DNA of 63,236 bases, filler included, from Craspedostauros australis (taxonomy: Eukaryota): NCBI GenBank assembly GCA_030167865.1. It is 8 parts of 8 records of this genome, joined end to end, with 100 filler letters (N's around TTAATTAATTAA, not from the genome) between each part and the next. Parts side by side here need not be neighbours in the genome. Positions count along the whole stretch, not along the records: positions 8,159 to 15,319 come from JALAGF010006672.1; positions 15,420 to 37,563 come from JALAGF010006673.1; 6 more parts are not named here. One strand, given 5' to 3'. A program made the translations under genes and the position numbers. The notes under the pieces were generated by a model that worked only from the letters and a program-made list of their open reading frames with translations, searched no databases and had not been told where the DNA came from. This document shows, one piece after another, positions 11,284-23,180 of this stretch. Position 1 is the first letter of the stretch. Every line of letters starts with the position of its first letter.

Positions 11284-14200
11284 ATGCGCCTCATTTGCTC
11301 GTCGCTCATCGCGTCGCTGTGCGTCTCGTCAGCGAGCATTGCGAATGCTGCTTCCGCAGCTTCCAGCGACGATCAGTTGCCGTCGACCGATGCGAGGATC
11401 AATGCTGTGATCGACTGGGTTCTGGAGCACCCGAAGGCGTACTTCAACACGAAACAGACCGTGAAGCAGGCGGGTGCCACAGCATTCCACGACGCATCCG
11501 AGGTGGGTGTGGGAGTCTTCGCCAACAAGAGAATCAGGAAAGGCGAAGTTCTTGCCCGCATTCCGTGGGATCTCGTCATCTCGGACTCTGATGGGGACGA
11601 TTACCCGGCGAGCGAGTTGAACTGCCGCACCACCATGGATCTGATCACAGAAATCGAGAAAGGCGAGAAGTCCAAGTTCGCCCCCTTCGTGGACTACATC
11701 AAGAACCTGAGCTTCAACAACCCCAGCTTGTGGAGCGACTCTGCGAGGCAGATGTTCGACCAGATCCTAACGGGAACGACCCCGTTCCTTCAGCTGCCAC
11801 CGATGGATATCTCGGGTTGGCTGACAAATGATTGGGAGCAGGGTTGCGAGGCGAAGAGAAGCTCTGTGGCGGACCATGCTGCCATCGCAGTTCTCTCTCT
11901 TGGATTCGATGAACACTTGATTCCGCTCGTTGATCTGTACAATCACGTCAGCGAAGACAGCGCAGAGAATGTCGAATTTGCCGTCAGCGCGGGTACCAAC
12001 GTCAAGGTCGTGGCATCTGAACAAATTGAAGTCGGTGAAGAGATCGTATACTCCTACATTACGTGCCCTCACAAGAACAACGACAAAGCCTATGGAGCGT
12101 CAGGTTAGTCTTTTGTCCACAATGCTCTGTGGCAACAACTCACGGACAGTATTCCCCTGTCTCAAATGAATTCCCACAAATCAAGCTCACCCTTTTGTTC
12201 CTGATTTCATCAATGCTGTTCTGTTCGAACGATCACACACGCCACAACACTTCACACTCGCGTCATGTAGAACTCTTCAGAGACAGCGGGTTCATTGAGG
12301 AATACCCGCAGAAGTGGTCGATCATGTACGACACGTTCTACTCCGAACGGGTCATCGCAGACATCATCGATCTCGACAGAAGTGAAGACGACGGCGACGA
12401 TGACGGCGACGACGACGACGATGAACCAAGGTTCGGTGTTGCTTGGGAAGAACCGATCCGAGACTTGGAAGCGTATGAAGTGCTTCAGGCATACCTCAGT
12501 CAATTCGCTCGAATGCGCCACGATGAACTGAAGGCAGGACCGGAGGCGTGGGCATTGGCACGCAATACAAGCGATGTCATCCCACAGAATGAATGGGACG
12601 CCATCGTGAAGTACGTTGACGCCGCCATCATCGCACTGTCCAACATACTATGGGAGATGGACGAAACAAAGGAAGTGACGAACCCAAATTCGGTCTTGTA
12701 CAACATGAAAGAATGCATCAACGGCATCAAGGGTGCATGCTACCTCAATCAGCTCTACCACACCCTCCAGTCCGAGAAGGAGATCGTGCCCGACAGGAAG
12801 GTTACTTGCGACACCAGAAGAATGCTGGACTTCTCCGGTTACTACCCCCTCGACACCATCGACACAGAGTACCAAAACATCTATTTCAACAAGGAGAACA
12901 CCGAAGACGGCGATGGTAACGTGTGCATGCAGCTGGATAACATCGTCCAGATCTGCGACAACTACAGACCGCACTACCACGAGTACGCCGTCAACTACGC
13001 GGCACGGTACCTGCCAGAATTCAAGCGCGTCGCCTTCATCGGCGGCGGTGATTCGATGATCCTCCAGGAGGTGCTCAAGTACCCAAACCTCGAGCTCGTC
13101 ATCGGACTGGAGCTCGATCAGGTCGTCGTGCGCAACGCATTCGAATGGTTCCACACAGATCCGCACTTTCACGATGATCGCGTGGAGTGGTGGTTCGGTG
13201 ATGCCACCAAGTCTCTCCTCCTCCTCCCCAGAGAGTACATGAACTCATTCGACTTCGTCATGGTGGACGTCTCCGAAACGGGAGCCAGCCTCACCGTCAC
13301 CGAACATCTCGATATCCTCAACGCCATGGCACTGCTCGTCAAGCCAGGTGGTATCATGGTGAAGAACGAACCGCACTTCGAAAAGATCTCCGCCACCTTC
13401 GATTACTCCGTGGATGTCCACTTCTACGACAACCCCATGATTTGCGACCAGTCCATGATCATGGGCAGCAATCACATCGATTTCTACCATCATGACAAGA
13501 TGACGGATCATGGCGTCGACAACCTCCTGTTGCCAGAGATCGGCGACTACCCCCACCAGTACTACCTGTGGCGTGACTACAAGATCAATGATCCAACCAC
13601 AGACGGATCCTGTGATGCTCTGGCTGAGGCCATCGAAGACCAGAAGAAGACCGAGGGTATCCGAAAGGGCAAGAGCGAAGGCATGCTGATGGTGATAGAG
13701 GTGGAGCGCTGCGCCATTCCATTGAACAACGTCGAATCTGCGTTGGTGACAGCCTTGGAGGGTCTTGGTTTCACATCCATCATCTCCGATGATAACAACG
13801 AAGACGACGACGACAACGATGCTGGAGATGATAATGATGATGACAAGAGCAGCGATGTCGTGATCATGATGGCGGAGGGATACGTGATCGCCCGCTGGTG
13901 GAAGGGACGATCGTACGTTGGATTGGACATCCATCTGTGGGGACGCTTCGAGAAGATGGACGCCACACGAACGGCGTTGGTGAAGGCTCTCGGAGCCGGC
14001 AACGATGCCGTAAAGGGCTCCGTCTCGTCGTACCGCGTCATCGTGTCTGGAATGTACGGCAACAACTCGTGGGAGGAAGACACGAAGCTCATTGGTCCAG
14101 ATCTCACCACTCACACCCGCAAGTGTGATACGTCCGAGGAGGATGCAACTGCGGCTGTTCCATCTGCCACTACCACCGGCACCACTCCAACACCTGCAGC

Positions 14201-15319
14201 TGCAGCCACCATCGAAAGCCTGATGGCTGACGATGACTTCCTTGCGACATCGCTGGGTGCCATCACGGATGCGATGGATGTTGCGGATGGCTCCATGGTG
14301 GTTGTGTTCTGTGGCAGCCAATCCAGCAGGTGTCTTTCTGCCTCCGCATTGGAGAAGAGCAACAGCAACAGCAACAACAGCAGTGGATTGTTGAAGATCG
14401 TCCCGGTCCATGTCTGTCCTGAGATGGAGTCCCTCATCTTCGGAGACGGCGATGTCAACAACAGCAACCTTGCTGACTTGCATGAATGCCGCCATTCGAT
14501 CGAGGATGAGATCAAATCCGCCATCCGCGAGCACAACCAACCCATCGGAGCTGTCATCCTGGATGCGGAAGCACCGTACGCCATGGCACGCATCTTCACG
14601 AGCTTCTGGACATTCCGACGCAACATCTTCCAGAACACGGTCGTGCCTCTCTACGTCTCCATCCTTCCAGACTCCACGAAGGATGAATGGCGTCGCAACA
14701 CTCTCAAGCAGATCCGCTTGAAGCTCGACATCGACCCTCTGACCAGAACCGAAATCATCGTCCAACCCAAGCGCGCCAAGATGGATGCTCCTGCATTCGA
14801 GCTGTCCATCCTCACTGTGGACATGAATGATACCTTCCCTCGCATCCGACGTGTGGAGGACACCATCGCCACCAAGTACGGTGACACCTTCATGGTCAAG
14901 CCAAGCGTCATGCAAGGTGGAACGCTGAGATACCTCGACAACGACGAGTTCAACGCGACACTGTTTTCGCAACGAGACTACGATCTGAGTGCTGAGAAAC
15001 AGCAGCTGAAGGACCAGCTCGCCTTCGGTCGTCAGTCTGTGCTGCAGCTTGGACGCAGCAGCAAGGACCACGATAACAGCCCCAACATCGCCTCCATCAT
15101 GACGAGCGTGATGGAGGACGAGGATGTCGACTTCACCGTGAAATCCATGCGGGTTTACGATGATGTCGGTGACGGTGTTGTGGTGGTGGCGCGTTGCGTG
15201 GAAGGAACCGTGGTGAGCGTTTGGGACGGACGTGATCACATCGTGGTGAATCTGTTCCAGTTCGATCAGGAGCGTTCGGAGGCCGACCTGTTCTTGACGG
15301 AGTACTTGGAGGTGGCCGG
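11284..15319 (+). CDS. Signal peptide-SET domain-aminopropyltransferase (spermidine synthase-like)-2x degenerate AdoMetDC fusion; exons 11284-12103 and 12271->15319; 3' end lost at the linker
   Basis: Signal peptide MRLICSSLIASLCVSSASIANA; SET motifs GVGVFANKRIRKGEVL, PLVDLYNH, GEEIVYSY; intron GTTAGT...CATGTAG (12104-12270) joins the frames as YGASELFRDSGF; aminopropyltransferase motifs FIGGGDS, LELDQVVV, GDA, VMVDVSE; SpeD-like segments MAEGYVIARWW...LDIHLWG and VEGTVVSVWDG...VNLF. Confidence 0.9.
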
Positions 15320-15419
15320 NNNNNNNNNNNNNNNNNNNNNNNNNNNNNNNNNNNNNNNNNNNNTTAATTAATTAANNNNNNNNNNNNNNNNNNNNNNNNN
15401 NNNNNNNNNNNNNNNNNNN
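15320..15419. other. Artificial contig linker
   Basis: 44N-TTAATTAATTAA-44N. Confidence 0.97.
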
Positions 15420-16804
15420 TTGCCCTCCGCCACCAATTCGAACTCGTACTTGGACAAGATGCTTGGCAACACCGCGTAGAGCTCAGCAGTGGCCAACGAT
15501 TGGCCAGGACAGTTACGATTGCCCAAGGCGAATGAGAGATTGCTCTGAATCATTTCCTTGGTCGGATTCTCCCATCGAGCAGGTTTGAACTGAGTAGCAT
15601 CTTTGAACACCATCTTGTCTCGGTGAGACAAAATCAGCGGAAGCAAAACAGTGGCACCCTTCGGCACCTTGACCTTGCGATTGGAAGGTTCATCAATCAA
15701 GATGAAGTCGTGATTGACAAGACGGATGGGATTCATCGCAGCAACAGGGAGCACTCGCTGGGATTCGGTGATCACGCGTTTGAGATGATCCTTGGATTGT
15801 GCGGGATCGCCCTGCAACAACGATTGCTGCAGCTTCTTCATCTCCTTGGGGTGCTTTGCAAGTAACACGAGAGTGTTGGAAAGGGTGTATCCCGTCGAAT
15901 CGAAACCGCCGATAATCAATGAAAGGAGCTCCGCAACCTTCTCTTTCTCGCACATACTGTACGGATTGGACTCGATCATCTTAATCAACGTGTTGTGTTC
16001 CGATTTGTTGGGATTCTCGCGATAGGCCATCAAGATCTTCTTCGCAAAGTCCTGCATAGCGGAGCAGCATTTGCGCGCCGCCCAGACCTCTGGGATCACG
16101 AAGCTGAATGCCTTCCGCAAGGGATTGACGGCTTGGCGGAAGATGAACTCACGTGCGCCCACTTCGAAGTTGGATGTGAAGAAATGGAAGTCTTCCGGAG
16201 TCGATTCGTATTCGAAGGCCGCTTCCATGATGGACTTGAACACGGTCTTTGGCAACTCGATGGATGGATCGAACGTGGCGTCGGTGTCTGCCAGCTTCTC
16301 GAGGAACTCTGTTTCCCACTGCTTGACGTACTTCGTGCAGATGGAATTCATTCGATTGACTTCCGAAGAAGAAAGCGAGTGCAAGATAGCTTTCCTCATT
16401 TGCTTCGTACGTGGGTCAAGTGTTGAGCGCATGGACATCTGCTTGTGTCCAATCAAGGTATCGACACTTGCAAGCAGTTGCAACGGCTTGTCAGCCGTCT
16501 TGTCGAGCAGAACTTCACGCTGATCCTTCGCGGAGCAGAGGACATACATACCACCGGGGATGGGGATGTTGTGCTGAAAGATGGAGGACCCCAAAGATTC
16601 TCGAAGTTGGAGATGCCACCATGGCGATTCGGATGACACAAACATCTTGATAGACTCCATGATCCCAACAGTAGTCTTGACGGGAGCATCCTTGGCGGGT
16701 GGTTTGTTGAAGGCGACAACCAACCATCCGATGGCAAGTGCGAGCAGGAGGAGAAGCACCGATGTGATGTTGTCTCGCAATGCCGTTGCAATATCAAAGT
16801 CCAT
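15420..16804 (-). CDS. Cytochrome P450, ER-anchored; last codons lost at the linker
   Basis: N-terminal TM helix (VLLLLLALAIGWLVV), I-helix IGGFDST, ExxR (ESQR), PARW, heme motif FALGNRNCPG. Confidence 0.95.
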
Positions 16805-18562
16805 CGTGGTCGTTGTTATCGTGGTAGTAGTCGTGGTCGAGATTGTGTGGATGATCTTGTTCTTATTTCTTCTCGATGTTCGATTTATGAGATGATGTGA
16901 AGAATGTGAATGGTTTCTGAGATGTGTGGGCGAAAGAGAGGTGGCTGGAGGAAGCAGCACACTGGTGGCAGCGAGCACATCGCGAAAGCCAGAACAACAC
17001 AAGCCATGATTGTTCTCTCTCTCTTCGTTGACCCTCTGATCCTCTCTCTTGCGACCAACTCTGGCAACTCAGACCTCGCGCGCGTCAACCGTCTACAAGA
17101 ATTCGAGTCCTTCGTTGGTCAGAGAGACAGAGAGAGGGGACAGAAGCGCGCGTACTGAGAAGTACTGGGGTGAATCAAAAAGCTCCGCCAGACGCGAGCG
17201 ATTCGACCATGGAAGGAGAAGGCCGACCGCGATCTTGTGAAGCGCAGCTGTATCCTCTCTGGTTTGGAGCCAGATTTACGGGTCTTCGCCTCAGCGGCGG
17301 CGGGAGCGAGGAACCAACAGAAAGACGAAGTCGCGTCAATGTCATCCAGGACTTGGCAACTGGCGACTCGATCGAGGTACAATGAATAGACGATTCGACG
17401 TTCCACCGCAGCTTTCAAGGAAGTAACCATACACAAGTACCCCAGTTGAATAGAACTGAGGGACACACTCATACACAAATGCAGATAGTTGGTATTCCGT
17501 GTCTTTCGCACGTTGTCAGGAGGATGGTCTGTCCTTCAACCGGTTTTGACGCAGTTTGATGTTGAGAACAATGATGTAACTGTAGAAGACTCAGAAGTAA
17601 GCTGTGAAGATTGTTTCTGATTGCTTGTTTTATGTGTTAAGCTTACTATTGATAGGACGATCGAGTAAAAAGGTAGGAGTTCATGCTGTCGTGCTTCAGC
17701 CGTTCTTTGTTGTGCAGCAACATGTCGTGGTGGTTCTGCACACACACAGTCGTCCAGGGTTGCCATCCGTAGAGCAGCACCTGATCCATTCACATGGATA
17801 TGATTCAAGATGGGTACAAGTTCGGCACGATGACGAGCTGGACAGGTGGCAGGGGTGCATGAGCTGGAGGGCGAGCAAAGCGTGGATTGTGGTTCAACTA
17901 CACATCGTGCATGCGGTAGCCTTTCATCACAGTATCGGTTTTGGATACCAAATACCGTGTACGCGAAACGGACAGTCGAGTCCCGGATCAGTCCCGGACC
18001 AAGTTTGTCCCAACTTCTGTCCGTCGAACCGCATTGACTGTTTGGGATTTATTGATTGCATCGTCCATAGTTCTTGGCACATGTGCGGATGCATCCCTAT
18101 TGGTCAAATCCAAGGTTCGCACTCATTATAGAATGAATTCTGATGCTTGCAAGCTGGTAAGTGCTGCAAAGGAGAGACCTCAAGACACACAGAAGACGAT
18201 CCTATCTAGCGTTAGTGGCTGTTGTTGTTGTCGTTGCTGTTTCGAGCTGTGGTCCTCGAAACTGTGTGTTCTCTCCTGCTCTGACAGGATTCTGTTGCGA
18301 CACATGCTCACGTACGAAACTGCTACACCGTTGGCGCGTAGGAGTCATTGCACAAGACCAGATGACCACAACGGTCGACTGACAGACGGTACGACCCGTA
18401 TGATCCCAAAACTCGTTCTTTATCATGATGGACTATGGACAGCCTCTGTCATGGGACATGACTGGATGTGATGTGGCACATGGATGATTGTGTGAGGTGG
18501 GACAAGCTACAAGGGTGTCCGAGTGCAATCCGAATAGTTGATTCGAGTTAGTCTAAAAACTG

Positions 18563-18622
18563 TCGTTGGGAGGTGCGGCAATAAGTAGTATCTTGGTAGA
18601 AGCGTACCCTCGATTCCTGACA
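18563..18622 (+). repeat. Short match to the 3' end of the LTR-like repeat family (7291, 60500)
   Basis: TTGGGAGGTGCGGCAAT...CGTACCCTCGATTCCTGACA matches 60444-60500. Confidence 0.55.
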
Positions 18623-19263
18623 CCAACTCATTGTCGAGAGCCAACACATAGCATCATCGTGCAATAGCAATTGAACACTAACATGACCGCAATCTATACC
18701 ACAGGAACATCCATGTGCGGATCTTCCAGAAGCTCACACCCATGAACCATTACTGATCACATCAGTTCTGGCTGCTGATCGTCTTCGTTTCGACGCTGCG
18801 TCGTGCTCCCAGTGTGCGAGTGGCTGGCTAATCCGTACTCGGAGGCACCATGCTCCTCCATGGGGCTTTGTCCTGGTCCGATTTAAACGAAGCAATAATC
18901 TAGGTTGATGATGTTCGGCTGATACTACACTTTGACCTGTATGTACGTATGTTCGTTTTACAAGTGTGCAAGGATGTGTGACGTGAATTGTGTTGCAGTG
19001 TGCCGTGCGTTGGGGCTGTCCGGCACTGGTCAGATTGAGCCCTACATCGCATTCTTGTCCCAGCAACTCTCTCACCCAAGTCCGTGGATACTGTATGCCG
19101 ATGGACGGCGAGATCCTTTCGATACTTTTGTTGTGCTGAAGACCCAATGAAGAGGGTGACTTGTCATGATCCATAAGGTGGCTGGCCCGAACCCTTCAAG
19201 ACCTGGATTTGGCGCAGAACCGAAGGAGGAATGTGCTCGTGCTTCTGTGCTTTCACAGGGCGC

Positions 19264-21861
19264 TTAGGTGCAGGCTGGGCAAGAGCTGCCGGAGGTAATG
19301 GTCAAGACAGCAGTGAGAGAGTTGCAGGCGTTGCCCTCAGTGATTTCGTGTTGGCATCGGTTGCATTTGGTGTTATCCACGACAGAGAGATCGTTGCACA
19401 CGTTGTTGGAGAGAATGATGTCGGCGGTAAAGTGTTCGCCGTAGCCCAGGAAACGGCAGGACTCCTCTGGCACGCAAGTACCGTCACCAATAGTTGTGTC
19501 TCCCTCAAACTGGTTGTATGGTTCGAGACCGTCGTAGTGTGCGTTGATGAGGTCGCACGAGCGGTGGTTGACACAGGATCCGGCTCCCACAATAGTGTTG
19601 GACACACGCTTGTTGTCAGTGGTGCCATTGCCCTTGGTGGGTGTTACGGTCGCATAGTCTTCTGGTCCAGAACCCATGCCAAAGCAGGCCCTTTCTGCAG
19701 TGCATGATCCTGCGCCAATAATGGCGTCGCCGTTGGAGTGATCCGCAAGGGTGTAGCATGCCTTGTTTCCCATACATGATCCTGGCCCAATGATGGAGGC
19801 CTTGCCACTTCCAGAGTTGAAGTTGAAGTTGAAGCATACATATTCACCGGAAGAAGCTCCGGAGAGGCAGGATCCCTGGAAGATTATGGACTGAGTCTCA
19901 ATCTTTTTACAAGCGAAGTCCCCGATGCAACTGTTGGATGCGATAGATGCGATGCCGGTCCAGGAGCAGGCTTCGAACCCGTCACAGCATGTGCGTCCTG
20001 CCATGCCACACCAACCAATAGCAGCAGCAGCTGTTCCCGTGAACATCTCACCCGTGGCAGCGGCGGCTGCGCTGAAGACCTCGAGGACACCGGTCTTTCC
20101 ACTGATGGTATTGAAGAGAGCGACGCCGTCAGCAATGCTTGCCTGGTTTTCGAAGATCCCGAGGAGATCAGCTTTGTTCTGGATAGTGGAGAGAAGGGTC
20201 ATCCCTGCGACTGTGTTTGGTGTTCTGAGAGTAGACAGGAATGTCAGGGGAGTCGGAGCGCTCGTCGGTGCTGAAGTTGGTGCGCTCGTCGGTGCTGCTG
20301 TTGGAGCTGTTGGGACCGAGGTCGGTGCTGAAGTTGGCGCGCTTGTTGGTGCCGATGTTGGAGCTGCTGTCGGACCTGTTGGGGCTGATGTAGGAGCTGA
20401 CGTGAGAGGTGTGGGGAAAGGGGTAGGAGAAAAAGTTGGAGAGTCTGTGGGCAAGGTGTCCTTGCCAATGCAGTACTCATCCACCTTGTCTCCTGTTGGA
20501 TTGTTGTTGCTGTCGTTGCCTCCCTTTGGACAGGCCTCATCCACGTTGCTGATGATGTAGACTTCGTCGGAGTTGCACTCCGTCTTCGTCATGCATCCCT
20601 TGCAGCCTTCAACACTGCCGCATCCACCAAGAGGGACGACGAGGTCGGTTGTCATCCCGTCATTGAAGCCCATCTTCTCGCATGACCCATCAGCGGCACA
20701 GCCGCCAGCACCAATGGTCAGGCTGCCTGCACGCTTGCCAGCAGTACCATAATTGACAGTGGAATGGGCATCCTTGCAGGCATTGCTGCCGACGCACGCA
20801 TTCTCACCGATGTCAATGTGGCTGCGGTTGTTGGAGAGGGCCTTCTGCACGACACGGCGTCCAGCTGCCTTGCATGCGTCTGACCCAATGCATGCACCGG
20901 TCTGGATGGTGACATCACCATGAGAACGACGCCCCACTCCCTCGCAAGATTGAGGGGTGGTGCATGCCATCTCACCGACGAAGGTGACTCCTGTGATGGA
21001 CGGGTTGATTTCATTTTCGTTCATCAACTCGCATGCACTTGTGCCAATGCAGGAAGAATCAAGAATGAGGGGATTGGGGCCCATATCCTTGCAGGCGCTG
21101 TCACCGGTGCATGCAGTGATCGCGACGGTCATGAATGGAGGAGAGTTGGAGGCGGAACCGGTGACTGAGGTGCATCCCGAGGATCCTTGGCAGCATGGGT
21201 CTGCGACGGCAGGTGATTGCATCGCAGCGATGGCCGCGCATGCTGTGTCCATGGCATCCGCTCGCTCGGTGACGAGGAGTGGCTTGGTGGCAGCGACCAG
21301 GGTCAATTGGCCAGCAAGGATGTCGCTGGATGCGTACTTGGTAAAGAGCTTGCGTGCAGCTCCTTCGCCGAGGTCTCCTGCACACGCGAAGAAGTTCTGC
21401 AGCTGCTTGGACTCCTTGACTGCGGTGATGGCCTCGCGGCAGGATGGCTTGTTCGCATCGCAGATGATGGTCTTAGCGCTTACCTCTTGTGATGAGAGGA
21501 TGGTGGCACCATCGGGCTTGCAGACAACGGAGATGGTGGAATCGAAGACGGCTGGGGCAGCTGATGGTTTGGATGTTGGCAGGCGAGTGGGCTGGGAGGT
21601 CGGCGAGGCAGTCGGCAATGCGGTTGGCGCGGCTGTTTCTGCACCAGCCTGATTGTCCGTAGGTACCGCAGCGTTTCTCTTGTTGCCCTTGTTGGTTTTC
21701 AGGTCGATGCCGGCGCCCTTGAGGATGCGGGTCTTCGTCACCATCGTGCGGAGTTTCTCGGTTGGATCCACGGGAGTCCTGTTGCCGCGGAGCACGGCGT
21801 GGACCGTTGCCGTCTCGGCGAGAGCGAGAAAGGACGCGAAGGCTGCCTTTGTGTAGAGCAT
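19264..21861 (-). CDS. Secreted Cys-rich repeat protein (two CX5C-repeat blocks, PT(S/A)AP linkers); likely cell-surface or extracellular matrix
   Basis: Intact ORF of about 865 aa; signal peptide MLYTKAAFASFLALAETATVHA; then LRG and RIL motifs; about 15 (S/A)CxxxxxC motifs; PTSAP array at about 20245-20455. Confidence 0.88.
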   Translation of the reverse strand: MLYTKAAFASFLALAETATVHAVLRGNRTPVDPTEKLRTMVTKTRILKGAGIDLKTNKGNKRNAAVPTDNQAGAETAAPTALPTASPTSQPTRLPTSKPSAAPAVFDSTISVVCKPDGATILSSQEVSAKTIICDANKPSCREAITAVKESKQLQNFFACAGDLGEGAARKLFTKYASSDILAGQLTLVAATKPLLVTERADAMDTACAAIAAMQSPAVADPCCQGSSGCTSVTGSASNSPPFMTVAITACTGDSACKDMGPNPLILDSSCIGTSACELMNENEINPSITGVTFVGEMACTTPQSCEGVGRRSHGDVTIQTGACIGSDACKAAGRRVVQKALSNNRSHIDIGENACVGSNACKDAHSTVNYGTAGKRAGSLTIGAGGCAADGSCEKMGFNDGMTTDLVVPLGGCGSVEGCKGCMTKTECNSDEVYIISNVDEACPKGGNDSNNNPTGDKVDEYCIGKDTLPTDSPTFSPTPFPTPLTSAPTSAPTGPTAAPTSAPTSAPTSAPTSVPTAPTAAPTSAPTSAPTSAPTPLTFLSTLRTPNTVAGMTLLSTIQNKADLLGIFENQASIADGVALFNTISGKTGVLEVFSAAAAATGEMFTGTAAAAIGWCGMAGRTCCDGFEACSWTGIASIASNSCIGDFACKKIETQSIIFQGSCLSGASSGEYVCFNFNFNSGSGKASIIGPGSCMGNKACYTLADHSNGDAIIGAGSCTAERACFGMGSGPEDYATVTPTKGNGTTDNKRVSNTIVGAGSCVNHRSCDLINAHYDGLEPYNQFEGDTTIGDGTCVPEESCRFLGYGEHFTADIILSNNVCNDLSVVDNTKCNRCQHEITEGNACNSLTAVLTITSGSSCPACT

Positions 21862-23044
21862 CTTTGCTGTTGTCTTCGTCGTCGTCGTGACACTGCTTGG
21901 TTCTGTACGGCGGGCGCATTTGTACGCATGCATGTATGCGTACGTGCCACGGGAATGGGTTGGTACGGATCACGTATGGGTTGAGATTGGCAATGCGCGC
22001 ATCAGGCATACGTTTGGTGGCGAGTTTCGTCCCACGAAGAACGGCAACGATTGTGAACGTTGCAGTGATGTGTTCGTTTGTTTGCGCCAAATTGTTGGAA
22101 TGTGAAATGACGGGAGACGTGGTGGGGAGCAACGACAACGACGGCAATCAATGAAGATCAACGATATCCATCAATCGACCCAGCATCGCAACGATTCGAT
22201 CACGTCAAGATTGCACACACAGGAGGTATCAGTTGCGCGTGCGAAGGGAAGGGGAAAGAAGGAAAGATGGTTATGGCAAAGAGCTGCATGAGTTAAATCG
22301 GCTTGGAGGAGGCGCGGGATTTGAACACCTTGATGTGGAGTGGTGCGCGTCTGGCATTGGCATGACATGAGGCATCCTGGACGAGATAGTCGCCATCGAC
22401 AGGCGCCGCAGCATCGCTGCATAACGGGCCGCGAAGATTGACTGGAACGTATGGTAGGTATGGTGCTCATACTCGTAGGTATCTTGCATCTTGAGCGTTG
22501 GTGCGTGCTGCCGTTTCATCAATGCTGCTGCGCCATCTGCGATGCTATCCGCAGTTCACGTGCGTCGTGCCGTCGGTTTTGCAAATGAATGCACTCTCCG
22601 TTGTGTTGGTGTGGTTCTGTGCGTGCGCGTGTGTGTGCGTTGTCGATTCTTCCTCATGCATCAGCCAGTATTCCATCCCCCTTTCTTCGTGATGTGTGCG
22701 TACCTTTTGAGTTGTTTCTCTTCGTTGCGGCCTCAGGGAGGTTTGTCGTCTCCTTGCAACGCCTGCTGGTTGTTAGTTGATTGCTGGTTGCCGGCGTTTC
22801 CAATCTGCTGATTGATTGTTTATGAGACTTTGTGTCGATTTCGGAGGCAACGGAGTGATTCCTATGAATATCGCGAGTGTGTTGTGTGTTCGATGTGCCA
22901 TGAGTGTGCGAGATGCAACGAGTCCGGTGGTGTGGAATGTGGCTGGAACTACCGACACCAGCTCAGGTCTCCAACCGGAGGAGGAGAAAGCACCCTTGCG
23001 ACTGCGACTTCCGCCACACAGATACAACATACACCACACCCCTT

Positions 23045-23180
23045 CACCAGAATCGTGGTCAGAAGAGAGAAAGACTTCGACCACTGGAACTGTCCATGCA
23101 GCCATCACCCCCCACCAGAATCGTGGTCAGAAGAGAGGAGGACTTCGACCACTGGAACCATTCAAGCAGCCATCGCCCAG
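23045..23180. repeat. 68-bp tandem dimer, each unit containing a hairpin
   Basis: CACCAGAATCGTGGTCAGAAG...CTTCGACCACTGGAAC at 23045 and 23113. Confidence 0.8.

Noticed and set aside
13245..15239. 664-aa antisense ORF (and similar shadows at 10070-10918, 52887-53780, 55140-55994)
   Set aside because: Antisense shadows of codon-biased real genes with no recognisable motifs
11284..16804. Polyamine fusion genes plus P450 as a biosynthetic gene cluster
   Set aside because: They are separated by an artificial linker (15320-15419), so the adjacency is not evidence of linkage
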